DNA from: Octopus bimaculoides
Lineage: Eukaryota
Assembly (NCBI RefSeq): GCF_001194135.2
Contig: NC_068993.1
Span: 543,375 to 597,184, forward strand
Reading direction: 5' to 3'
DNA length: 53,810 bases
Shown piece after piece: positions 10,475-23,714 of the stretch. The notes beneath the pieces are model-generated. The model was given only the letters and a program-made list of their open reading frames with translations. It was not told the DNA's origin and made no database searches. Position 1 is the first letter of the stretch. Each line of letters opens with the position of its first letter. Both the position numbers and the translations under genes were made by a program.

Positions 10475-12842
10475 CATTAATTTAATAGTTAACAGAGTTT
10501 TGAGTTGAATTTCTGGTCATGTTAGTTGCATTCCTCCTTAAAGGTGAGTTTGCCGTTACTGATTTTTGATTCACTCATTAATTTATGCAGAAAAACTCCA
10601 TGATATTATTTGAGCTACACTAGTTGAGCCAGTGTTATTAACTGAGCCTAATTTATCAGCTGAGCCAGTGTTATTAGTCATTGATATAAATGAATGACAC
10701 AAAACATTTCACCAGACAAATGATTATTGTATATATTATTCTGTATCATCTCAGTAATTTATATTTTGACCAATACAATATTCTATTGAACTACTGAGCA
10801 TTAGTTGACTTCTGTTCCATGTAGCAGCCAGCAATCTTGTAATTTATTGATAATAATCAATTATATACATCCCCCCAACTCCTTCACATTCCAAACAGTT
10901 TATTTTGATCTGCAATAAAGTGATAAACCAGATGAAAGTCTGCTAGATAACACATGCCAAGAGATCAATATTTATTGTCATCCCTAACTTTCCAACAACA
11001 TATCTGACATTTATCAAGTTACACACTGTGTCTGATGGGCTGTTCTCAAATCAGATCTCTTTTATCAGTCTCATCCATTAATTCTTGTTTTATTAACAGT
11101 CTCAGAAGGTAAAATGACATCTCAGATTTCAAAAATATTTTCAGTTTCTTGTTTACCATTTATGGCAATTGGTGACCATCAATGTCCTTACTGGTTATAG
11201 GTTTCCAACAAACCAATCACTGGTTCATTGCATTTTCATAGTGAGACTAATAAGGGAGTGTTTATAACTCAGTGCAGAACATGTATTACAAAGCACTTTG
11301 AGATGCAGCAATTTCTTGGATTGTTTACTGATGTTTACATCTGTTGTTTCATTGTTTGTGTGTGTGTGTGTTGGGCTTCCACACAGTTTCTGTTGATCAA
11401 ATTGTACCCATAAGGGCAATAGAAGATATTTTTCCCAAGGCACTATACAGTGGGGTCACATCTGCAACTTCCTCTGTGTGACTGGTTTCTAAAACTATAG
11501 GCGAGGGGATGAGACAGTTCAAGTTGGTGCAGCACACTTCTGATTTCATTGCTATTTCTTGTGTGCCATTGTTTGCAGCTTTGGGAATTGCCAGGGCAGA
11601 GACAAGAAAAACCATCTTTTCTTAAGTGCCATCAGCATCAAGAACTAATGATGAATGTGAAGTGGAGAGGTCTCCCCACTTTAGCACAAGACCAGCCAGA
11701 AATTATGAGTAACAATACTTTGTGTGCTTTTGTGGAGTTAAAGAGTTCAGGAAAGGAGGGGGAACAACTAACAAAAGAAATGATGAGAGAGGGAGAGCAA
11801 CATAAGCAGAGTGAGCCCTAACAAATGGCAAGAAAGTGACCAGAAGTCTTTCAAAGGGAGGTACTCACCCCTATAAGGACAGGGTAGCTGAACTTAAATG
11901 TTCTTCAAAAGAGAAATACACACTTAACCTTAATAGATGACAAATTAGATAATGCAATAGATAAGGAGTTGGGCAAAGAGTAACCTGGCGTCTGTTTTGT
12001 GGATTAAACTTTTAATCTTAATAATCTATATTTCTTATTCTTCTCTATCCAGCAGCATACATATACACAAGGTGTTACTATGGTTACACAGAGATGCACA
12101 TTATTATTATTATTATTATTATTATCATTATTAGTATTGGTAGTAGTATTAGCAGCAGCAGCAGTAGTAGTAGTATTTTGATTCCTTGCAATGAAAGACC
12201 TTTGATTAGTGAGCAGAAAGTCCTTGTTAGCTACTTAAAATATTTAAAAATAAACAAATGACGGTCAAAAGAAAGACTCTACTTCACTAGTAGCAGACAT
12301 GGTACCACAACTGATCACTGTTGACCATTAGACTTTGTTTCTAAAGCAGTGTTATGTTAAAGCATAAAATATATGGAGCTGGCAGCAAGAAAATAATGCT
12401 GTGGCTTTATTGAACAACTTCGCTTCACAAGAGGTGCATCATTTCAATTATCTCAGAACATGCATATTTTCGTTTTAATCAATCTATGGAAAATTATCAT
12501 TAGCTAAAGATAGTTATATAAATTCATTTAGTTATGTCTTCTAACGAGGTAAAAAACATTTATTTCATTAAAGCATTAAGTCATTCAAAATATAAAACAT
12601 TTGCAAAGATGAGATGCAAAAGAAGAAAACACTCAGGAAAAATAACATGAAAAATGATATGAGATTCAGAAGGTGTCAATTGGAAAGAAATTGAAGAGAG
12701 ATTTTAGTGAAACATAAAACGAAAATAACAAAGCCCTTATAATTCATTAGGAAATACTTACCAGAATGAACTTAGAGAAAAGACTTGGGTAGTATATCAA
12801 GAACGAGTGTGTGTGTGTAATTGCATATCATCATCATCATTT

Positions 12843-12895
<53 letters not shown>

Positions 12896-15800
12896 ATTAT
12901 TTATTTAACGGTCACAATACATGTTATTATGTGCTACTAATTGTTTCATATGTTGAGAGAACTCAAACATATTCTTCAGGCACAAACTACATATCAGAAA
13001 GAAACTAAAGAAATTGAATAATAAAAAAAATGCGAAAAATCTGAGAAAGCAGCATATAGAAAATGCAAACATTTCATTATGATAGATGGCTTTTGCACCT
13101 GAAGAATATTTTTGAGATATTTCTTAACATATAAAACTATTAGTAGTGCTTTATAAATGTATTGTGACTTTTAGATAAATAATATTTATCTCTCACCAGA
13201 CGGAGTACTTTTTTGTTGAATTTTCTATCACAGATGAATATAATATGTATATTAATATATATGTGAGTATATATATATATGTGCAACAGAAACAGTATTA
13301 GTTTAAAATAGCAAAAATAGCAATCTGTGTCTCATGCTTAAAGCAGATCCATCATGAAAAGCCTAATTAACTTCGTTATTTTTCCTGCAGTTGTATTGCT
13401 TATAGATTTGTCTGCTACTGATGTATTTTTTAACCTCTGCATGTCTACAAGATATTCTATCTCAGGACAAATACTGCCAGTTAATTAGACTTTCCATGTT
13501 TCTGCTTTAAGGATGATACACAGATTGATGTATATATGTGTGTGTGTATGTGTGTATACATACATACATATACACACACATATATATATATATGCATGTA
13601 TATATATATATGTGTGTGTATGCATAAATGTATGTATGTATGCGTATATGTGTATATGTATACATATAGAGTGAGACTAGTACAATTAGTACAAGAGATC
13701 ACAACAAGTAGTGAAATGCTTTGATGAAAATCTATTCAGTTCATGCAAGTATGGAAGAACATAAGGAAAACGTTAATGATGATAATGTTGTATGGCATTT
13801 GAATAATAATTAGTTTGTCCATTAAAGGCAACTGATGCTGCTACAATAAAGGAATTGACTGGAAGTTTGATAAAGACACAGACTGATGTGTATTTAATAA
13901 AAAAGGAATCAACTAGAAGTTTGGTAAACATGCAAATTCTAAATAACAAACGAGGTTAGTAATGAAAGAATTTAAAGAAATATCTCAATTATTAAGTCAG
14001 GTTTTAGAGAGGGGTGAGGTGGTGGGAACATTTACTAAAATTAAATTTGAAAGGTTGTTAATATCTGTGGAAAAATAGTTTTTTTTTATATACCAAATAA
14101 TTCATTTAAATATTTCAATTCTATCATTAAGAAAAACTAACATTAAGAATATTTTGATGAAAAGCTTTTAACAAAGGAAATAATTTTTTGATATTCATTC
14201 ATTTCCAAATATTGAATTCCTGTTAAGCTTTGTTAACAAACTCTAAAATAACATCAGGATTAATAGTTCCATCAAAGTTTCTAATGGTATTAACCAGATA
14301 TATTCCATTATGCTTCACAAATCAAGAATTATTTGACAAAATCTTTCGTCTTTACCTTTCAGATTTAACATTATTAGCTACCAACTTCCCTTTCAAAAGA
14401 CTACACATTCTCCAAGAGAAATATAAATTACTTCATCTAACTTAATACTTCTGGTACCAACTTGTCTAAGACCACCTTTGTTTTCATGCTATAAAACTCC
14501 TCATTTTAATGTGTCCACATTTAAATGAGAATATTCCATCACTGTTTTGCATAAGATTTTTTTAGAGGTATATTCTAAACAGTAATTTGTTGAAGAGAAA
14601 AAGCCAACTTGTTCTGCAATATTCCACGAAACTCGTGATTATTTTCAAAATAAATTGAAACAAATGGTAAAAATATTTTTGTTAAAACAGTGACCACAAA
14701 ATGGTTTCATTATTCCTTTACAAGTTTCTGCAAGTAGTGGAATATATTTTTGCTGTGATTAAAATTTATTAATCTTGCATCATACCCAAATTCTTCTATA
14801 AAATTTCAATACTTTGGGCTTAAACAATTTCTTTTGTAATTCTTAATCTTGTCTGAGATATTCTACTATTTCAGAGAATGTATGACATATTCTAGAAGGT
14901 AAAAATGTTCCATCAATATTCCTGGAGATAAATAACTTGATACTGATTAGTTTGGTTGATTGTACGAAGATCCAGCTGGGTTAGACGGGTGGCTGAGTAT
15001 AAAAGCAATAAATGTTAAGTTTTAATAAACAACTTTCAAATCACATTAATACGATTGGTATATTCTTCTCAGGCTGCTGAGAAACCAGAGAAGCATATCA
15101 ATAAGACCTTGCTTGTCATCTATATACTTCCATTATAATTCTCCAGACTATTTAACTCCATTTTTAGAAATGAAAAATATTTTCATTTTTACATTGACAC
15201 AATGGTTCAACTGGTCTCATTGCCAGGTATCTTTTTCCACAATTTGGACAGGGTACCCAGTTGGATTCACTCTTGGAACTATTATTATCAAAGTAATGAA
15301 TCATTGGCAGGAATTCTAACCACAGCTACCAGGTGTTCTTATTGCAGTAGTTATTCCTGGATATGAATTATTTTTATATATCTAGGATGATGATGATGAT
15401 GATGATGACAGATGAAATGAATTGAATCATTGTGTTGATGTAAATATCACAAAAATATTTCATCTTTAAAAATAAGGTTAGTTAGTTCACAAAATCAGCC
15501 TAATTAGCAACAATTGATCAACTGATCCCACTACAAGAATCATTTACTAAATCAGCTGATAACCTATGAACCATTAACGAAATAAAACTGAAAATAATTC
15601 TGTTATTTCTTTCTAAGACAAGTAATTTATTCTTCAGTAAATAATTATAATAATTAATATTGAGTGAAGGGAAACACTGAAAAATGGTGAAAAATTGGGA
15701 TTAAAAAAAAGAAAGAAAAAAGAAACAATTAATCTGGGACTGTTTATGAAAGGGATTGTTTAATATAGACACCGATTCCTATAGGGAATGTTTCAAAAAG

Positions 15801-17472
15801 GAAGTAATTTGCTGCTAAATAAAAGAATCTACAAAAGACAAAGCTGAAATATTCTAATAACTCTTGGGTATTTGAAGAATTGTTTTGAGGGGAGGGGTTT
15901 ACATAACAGAAGCATTCTAAGGTGTTGCCGTTGACAACAAGTGGGGGGAAGAGTGCGATACTGTTAGTGGCAGGGGTGTAAATAACGATGAATTTTTTAG
16001 CATCAATTAACACTGATTTACATAATTAAAAGTGATGTTGATAGTGTTAAAGATATTCAAATAAAATATGCTAATTACATATCAATGACATAATTTCAGA
16101 CATAATTATTGTATATTTTGTTTAATCCATGAAATAAATATGTGACAAACAATGGAAGATTAGAAAGGTGAGATGAGGGGAAGGTGGAATAGAAATTCAA
16201 TAAACAAAGGAAAATAAATGAAAATAAATGCAAATAACATGGACCCAGTTAACCAAGTGGATATCTTATAAATGGTGGCGTTATAATGATAATGTTGGTG
16301 AGAGATTTTGAACTAGAAATTGATAAGATGTTTTAAAGTTGCAAGTAAATTGGTTAATTTAATAATGTTTAGATAATCCAAAGGTAAACACAATGTGTAA
16401 TGAATTAGTGTCAAAAGTATTCAGTATAACTAATTAATTAGTGTTAATTAGATAAAATCATTTTATTGATTTCTTATTTAATAACAGATCCACCCACATT
16501 TATGAGGATAGTTGGGGGTTGTAGTCTTTTGTATCTTCCCCCTACACATTACTGGTACTTGATTTTATCAATCTTAGAAAGTTGGACAACAAAACTGACC
16601 TTGGCCTGATTTGAATTTAGAAGGTAAGGTCTTGAATTCTCACAAAGAATTTTGTCCATGTCTTTAATGCTTCTGTCAACTGACCATAATTGTCATCAGC
16701 ATGGTAAATTGTGTGAATTATGGGGGAAAAAATGTAGGAGTTGTCTTAAGTATGAGATATCTACCTCTTGTTGATGAAGTTCTCACAATTAATTAGTTTT
16801 GTAATTAGTTATGAAGAAATCATAAAAGATATCATTTCTAAACTTCTAATTAATTAAGAGAAGTTTCAGTAAATGAAACCAAAGATTAATTGCTGTTCTG
16901 AGTTTATAAATAAAATAGAAAACAAATTATATCTTTGACTCTTCTGAATGTATAATCTCCATAGTTAATGATTTAAAATTTCTTAGAATAATAAAATCAT
17001 CTTTTTAATTAGCTATTTCTTTGGTTTCCCTTTACCATAATACATAACAATAAATTAACAATAATTAATATAGAAATTTTATGTTGTTAGTTCAAATTAG
17101 AATGAATTGTAACGATAATAATAAAAATAATGATGTAATAAAAACGATAAGAGTGTGGCCACATTAGAATAAAATTCAACATCATGCTTATTACATTGGT
17201 AAAAAAAAGAAGCAAACAGCAAGAATTTTCACAACAAGATATCACAAACAATGAAGGCAGAAAGATAACCAAGATTATTGCAGCTTGAAAAATTTCACTT
17301 CAAATTATCCCATATATATATATATATATATATATATAACATATACATACACATACACATATATACATACTTACACACACACGCACATGTGTGTGTATAT
17401 ATATGTATGTCATGTATGTGCCCCAGTAGGCAGGGCCACAGCCTTTGGGCTGAAATGTATTAAAGAATAAAA

Positions 17473-17527
<55 letters not shown>

Positions 17528-19855
17528 CACATATATACACACATATACATATATATATTACGTATATACATACACACATACACAATACAAACATATAAGT
17601 ATGTATATAATGCATATATGAATCTATGTATGTGTACACACACAGTACACATTATATATATGTATATATATGTATGTATATATATATGCATGTAAGTATA
17701 TATATGTACATATATATATACATACATATATATGTGTATGTGTATATACACACACACACACACACACACATATATGTATGTATGTATGTATATATACACA
17801 TACATATATATATTTGATGTACATCTCGATTGAGTATTCATTGGAGAGATTAAAGTATGTTAGATAGAAAATGAATCGAAAGCTGAACAAGAAAAGCATT
17901 CGCCACAAACCAACCTTTTACAGCTTACCACTACATTGCTCTCTGGCCAGACAAACTTATTGGTGCAAACACAAATATAAGGAGGAGGGTTTGAAAGGTG
18001 CATCAATTTTTACATCAACTAGAAATTTACAAACTTTCTAAGATGTAAGACTTGCAAAATTTTAAACTAGTTTTTGATTTACTTGAAGTTGTTTTCAAAC
18101 TTAGTTCTATACTCAATTATTAAAATAATTCTTTATTATATTTAAATACATAGCATATTCTATTAAAGATTTAACAATGAAATGGTTTAATATCTATTTA
18201 TGGTTGTTTTTCTTCTTAATATTTAAACCTTAAATAGTTGCAGACTCTTCTCTGCATTTCTCTTGTTTCTGGATATTTAAACATTTTTTCAGGTAATTCT
18301 ACATAAATATATTCTCGTGGAGATAATTATAATTTTATACATTTCAATCTGATGTTAAATTGTTATAAAATCTGTTGACTCTTTTCAGAAAATCTGTCAG
18401 TCTGCCTGTCTGTATATGTGCACGTATGCACATGTAATTATGCATGTGTATATATATGTGCATATGTATGCATGTAATTAACTTTAAATGAAAAAAATTA
18501 TTAAATTATATTTTGAGAATACTTTACATATTTGTAAGTGAATTTGAAGATTCCAGGGTGTTCTTCTCTCAACAGAACCCCAAAACTTCAACATAATCGA
18601 ACAAAGTGTAAATGAGCAGAAAATGGATGAATCAAAGACATTCTATGGAACCGATCCAGTCATTGTTGTTCTCAGACTCACATACATAATAAAATTGTGA
18701 GAAAAGAGTGTGTGGATCTGAAGTTCTTTGAGATCCAGATGGATAATGCAATGGAGAATGCATTTCTAAGGAAAGAGAATTGTAAATGATTTATGAAGAG
18801 ACACTAAAGTAAGGGATTGTGTAGGGATTAGGGTTGAACTAAAAAATTTTTTAACAAAGGAGGTGCTGCTTAAGACATTAAGAGGAGGTAGAGATTGTGC
18901 TTCAATTATATTTCCATTTAAATGTCCCTCAGACTTTTAAAACCTGTATATAATTAGATCAGGCATATAATTAGGTATATTATAGCCATTTGTCCTAGTC
19001 ATTCTTCCTGAAGATATTTCCAACTTAATTCTTATAGTTGTAAAATATTTATTTAGTTTTTATTTATGTAAAACTCCAAACTTTGCTAACAAACTTAGAA
19101 CATATATGTAATCAAAATTTCAAGTAATTTGGTGCTTACATATCGTTTGAAAAACTTTTTCTCAAATCTCTTTGCTCATTCATAGTCAAAGACCCAGTAT
19201 TTTTCATAAGGAAATATTAACTTTAAATTCTCCAAAGAGGTTTCAAAACTTCTTTATGTTGAGGAGTTAAGGTGACAATTTTTAAATTTTTTACCATACT
19301 AGTTTCTCAATTCTTTTAGCTTCTCTAGAAAAAAAAAAGAACAATATTTTAAATAAGAAATATTAACTCTGGTATTCTTAGATTAATTGATGTTTAAAAA
19401 CGTCTTTATGCAGAAGTTTTTAAGACAGAAAATTCTTCATTCTTTTAAATGTCTTAAATTTAATAAAATTTTAAAGAAAAATGTATTTTTAAAGAATTAT
19501 CAGAAGCTTGCTGTGAAGTGGTAAAGAAACTAAAAATATTTTGATGATGAAACAAATAACTTTACTAGAAATGTCTTGAACTGTGACAGTTATCCACTAA
19601 TTTGACAAGGATTTCTATTAAAGGCCTAACAACTAAACAATTACCATTAAGGATGACTGGAAATATAGATCTATCATTGCACTTTTACTTATATTAATAC
19701 AGTTTCTCTACTGCAGAAACTACAACTGTTGACATGGTTTCTCTGTGTACCATGTGAAAATACTATTGAACTGTGTGGTTAGTTTGTCTTGCCAGAGCTT
19801 TATGTTGTCTGTAAGCTGTAACTTAGGTAGAGCAGACTTAAATTGTATTTCTTAC

Positions 19856-20051
19856 AGATATTATTTGGTATGAGTTGCTCATCATAGCAATTAGCATGTT
19901 CAGAAGTACAATTATGGCTATCAAACTGTAACTGCCAAACATCAATTTCCCAATAAGCTCAGTGAAATGGTGAGGTTCTTTCAGATGGGCATCTTCCAGA
20001 TCAATAAGACCATAAATTGCCCAATATAAACTCTGCAAGATCTCAAAAAGA
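19856..20051 (-). CDS. TRPC: TRPC pore/S6 exon, copy C (intact): LFEILQSLYWAIYGLIDLEDAHLKEPHHFTELIGKLMFGSYSLIAIIVLLNMLIAMMSNSYQIIS
   Basis: Acceptor cttttgcag at 20052-20054, donor gtaaga at 19855, 196 nt, phase 2 in and phase 0 out. Confidence 0.93.
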
Positions 20052-20111
20052 CTGCAAAAGAAGCAGAATATAAGTTATGATCAATAAGGAGAAAGTAAAA
20101 GACTTTCTTAC

Positions 20112-20306
20112 AGATATCATTTGATATGATAGTGACATCATAGCAATTAGCATATTGAGCAATACTATAATTGCTATCATACTCTAGCTTCCAAACATCA
20201 GTTTGCCAATCAGCTCAGTCAGTTTGTGTGGTTCATCCAAGTGAGCGTTGTCCAATTCTATAAGGCCGTAAAAAGCCCAATTAAACTCTGCAAGATTTCA
20301 AAAAGA
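20112..20306 (-). pseudogene. TRPC: TRPC pore/S6 exon, copy B: disrupted pseudo-exon or poison exon
   Basis: Paralogous to A and C, with intact acceptor ttctttccag and donor gtaaga. 195 nt because of a 1-nt deletion near 20281 (tttaattgg vs tttatattgg). TAG at 20186-20184 where A and C have TAC. Confidence 0.88.
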
Positions 20307-21615
20307 CTGGAAAGAAAAGAAAAAGTTACAGAAATCTTCAGTATTTCTAAGATTATTCAATCTGATTTATTTCTGTGATTTCAGTGTTAAATATTTGCTC
20401 TTAGCAGTCTGAAAATTGAAAAAGGTTTTGGTCAATATAAACAAAATTATTTTATATTTAGGTTTCCATAGAATATGATGGATATTACTTGGGAAAATTT
20501 CCAGTAAATAATTAAATTCTTTGTTTTCTATGAATATTATAAGATTTTGTTGTGATACCTATTTAGACTCAAATATCACCAGAAAATAAATAATTAATTA
20601 GTTGATGCTAGTTACCAACCAGAGTGTTGTACTTAGCAACATCAGGGTGCCATATGGTACTATAGGATATCTTCAGAAAAATCTGTGATGACTTTATATA
20701 ATCCACCATCACAGCTAATATTATATCCAATATTAATTTATTATCTTCATATATTAAATCTAGACAGTCATAATTATCTTATGTATTGAATATATTTAAT
20801 CATAATTAAACTTCTATACTTCTGTTTTATGTTACTTTCAAACTGGTGACTATAATAGTATTTATAACATTTTTTATCAAGTGTGAATCAAAGACTTTCA
20901 TTCATTCCTTGCTTTACTGAATGTATATGTTTTTTTTTTAACTTGATAGATCTGTCCTACTGAATAAACTCTAACAACAATTTTTTCTCTAACTATTTTA
21001 TAATTAATTCTTTAAAAAATTAAAGTATAAATATTTCATAAAATTATGTCAGTAATTAATTAGCTATTTTTATATTCTAATTGTAATTAAAGTCAAAGAG
21101 ACAAAATCAAGAAATTAAGTTTGTTGGTGCCAAATTATTTTGGTCTGAAATGGTGCAGAGGTTGTATAAAAGCAGGTGTTTTTTTAGGAATTTGCCAAAT
21201 GGTCAGGTTTGGAAATCGGTATAAAATTGAAAAATGGTTAAAGTGCCTTGGTAAATCTTGAAAGAAATTGCAACAAATGACTGGATTTAGTTAGTGCTGG
21301 CATTTTGGACAGTTCTGGAAATGATGGAGTTGAAAAGGTTCAGCCTGGTAAAGAATTTTTCCTTTATTTTTTTATTTTCTGAAATATCTATACTGAAAGA
21401 GAAAAAATATACTTGATATTTTGCCTGTTTAAAAGAAATTGTTAAAGCAACAGCAGTTATAAAAGTTCACACACTTCTGAAAATTATCACAAAAAAGCCT
21501 CAGAAAAATTCATTAAAATTGTAAAATTGTAAAATTGTAATGATAAACATGAAAATGTGATGAAAGAATGATGTGTAAAGAATGAAAATGTTGTAGACAA
21601 AGGAATGAGTCTTAC

Positions 21616-21811
21616 ATAGATGAGTTGGTAGGAATTGCTCATCATAGCGATAAGTAAGTTAAGCAGAATAATAATGGCTATCATACTGTAACTGCCAAAC
21701 ATCAGCTTGCCAATCAGTTCGGTCAGTTTGTGCGGTTCATCCAAATGTGCGTGTTCTAGATCGACAAGGCCATAAACTGCCCAATATAAACTCTGCAAAA
21801 TCTCAAAAAGA
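21616..21811 (-). CDS. TRPC: TRPC pore/S6 exon, copy A (intact): LFEILQSLYWAVYGLVDLEHAHLDEPHKLTELIGKLMFGSYSMIAIIILLNLLIAMMSNSYQLIY
   Basis: Acceptor ttctttccag at 21812-21814, donor gtaaga at 21615, 196 nt, same phases as copy C. Confidence 0.93.
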
Positions 21812-23675
21812 CTGGAAAGAAAAGGAAACAACCAATAATAATATAAAGCCACCAATCATGTCAGAGATATGACAACGATTTGCTGGGAATGAATTCAGAA
21901 CAACAAAGGTCAGATCACAATGATTGTTAAAAACAGATTTTAAATTACTTTTAATCTATTTAAACTTAATAAAATGTTTAGTATATAAATTTAGTCAGAC
22001 ATTATGGATATATCTTCCTATTTTTGATGAAGAATCAAAAATGTCAGTATTTAGAGACAGATATTTGTTTTTTCTGGTGTTAAAACAAAAACATTATTTA
22101 TTATCAAACCTCTCAAAAGTATGCTTGCATTTTTAGCAAATGTCTCAGCAAAGTGTTGATGCTTAGCAAAAGCTATTTATATAGAAATTACTGATAAGGC
22201 ATTGTCAAAACCGTGTCTGCATTTTGTAAGCTTTGTGTTGAAAAGCAATTTCATTGAGGGTGGGAATATTGCAAATGTGCAAGGAAAAAAGTTAGCCATT
22301 TTAAGATTGATTCAGACTTGTTGAAAATATTTCAGAACTTTAAATTCTAAAACATCCTTGATAAAAAAAAAAAGACTCTCTTTTGTTCTGCCAAATTCAG
22401 AAGCAGGATTTTAATTATTTTCCTGAAAGTATTTGTGGTTATTTTACTGTTTTGTTGTGTATTTAGCTGAATGCTGTCAAAAATTATAAGGTAATACAGC
22501 TATTAAGACTTGACTCTAGTTATGATAATGTTTGTGACACGATCCAGCTTTCTCAGAGATAATTACAGCTGTAACACTGCGACAAAATTGTAAAGAGATG
22601 ATTATAGTCATGACACTATTTGTGACACACTTGTAACATTAATTGTTGGAATAGTTTTTTGACTCTTTTCTTTGAAAGATAAATTATTCAAAAGACTTTT
22701 ATTTTTTTTTGAGATTGTCCACCAGCTATTGAGTTGATGGACACTCAGTTGCCATAATGACTCAAATATCAATTATTCTATCAAAACATCAGTAAATTCA
22801 TTTTGATAAATGGATGTTTCAATTTTTTTCTTCTCTCCTGAATTAAGCTTCTCACTGTTTTGCAAACAAACAGCAAAATACATCAGACATAGCAGTGTAT
22901 TGAAAGAAATTCTTTGAATTTTTGTCTAAAACCAGTGAAATGAAAGAAACTTAAATATATTTTCTTGATTATGTTAATGTGGAAAACCTTTTATAACAAA
23001 ATCTTGTTTTTCCTTTATGCTAAAATTGATCTGGAAATTGATCAGTATTTTCCTTAACAGATATATTAACAATTTCTCTTATTTTTAGAATGCTGTAATA
23101 GGAATGGTCCCTTGAAAACTGGCTGTGCAAAAATGAAAAAAAAATTAAATGTGAAAAATAAGCTCTGAAATCATAAAAAATGTTAGAATGTTCATTGAAA
23201 GCAAAAATATAAAGCAAATTTTTAAAATCATGCAAGAAAACCATTGTAGATATGTGAAAAACGAGAGCCAATAAAGATAGAATTTAGCAGAAATATTTTG
23301 ATAATTGTTTAAAAGGATCAGAGATCTTCCTCTTTTGATATTTTTGGTACTTTAATTCTGATTTCTTTTGTGATAAACAAATGTCAGAAAAATCTCCCCA
23401 GGATAAGGTAACAGTCCACTTTCGGCAACTTTTCTCTGAAAGTCTGCTATCTGTATGGTGGGTAAACTGAAATAATGTAGAATAGAGTATCTTATACAGA
23501 GACTTAAGAAGATACCTGCAGTTGGAGATGAACTCAGAGCTTGTGTGTTGAGAGTTCTCTGTCTTCTTATTCAGCTGAGTAAAAAATCATGTTTATTTTG
23601 TTTAGCTGGGATTTATTTATAAGTCATTCAGCAAAACAGTATCAGAATATATTGCTTTTAAGCATATACAAATGC

Positions 23676-23714
<39 letters not shown>

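Noticed and set aside
11397-11821. Overlapping ORFs, one containing LIPSP, as an alternative TRP-box exon
   Set aside because: No EWKFAR or other TRPC similarity, and no matching splice phases.
20184-20186. Rescue of exon B by A-to-I editing of UAG to UGG
   Set aside because: The upstream 1-nt deletion already breaks the frame, and editing cannot restore it.
19856-21811. Three pore exons as a haplotype or assembly duplication, or as separate TRPC genes
   Set aside because: The copies differ mainly at synonymous sites, their flanking introns are unrelated beyond the splice signals, there is no gap nearby, and no other exon is duplicated.
21487-21855. 122-aa ORF as an extended or terminal form of exon A
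   Set aside because: The extensions are T-rich intronic sequence beyond good splice sites, with no support for use.
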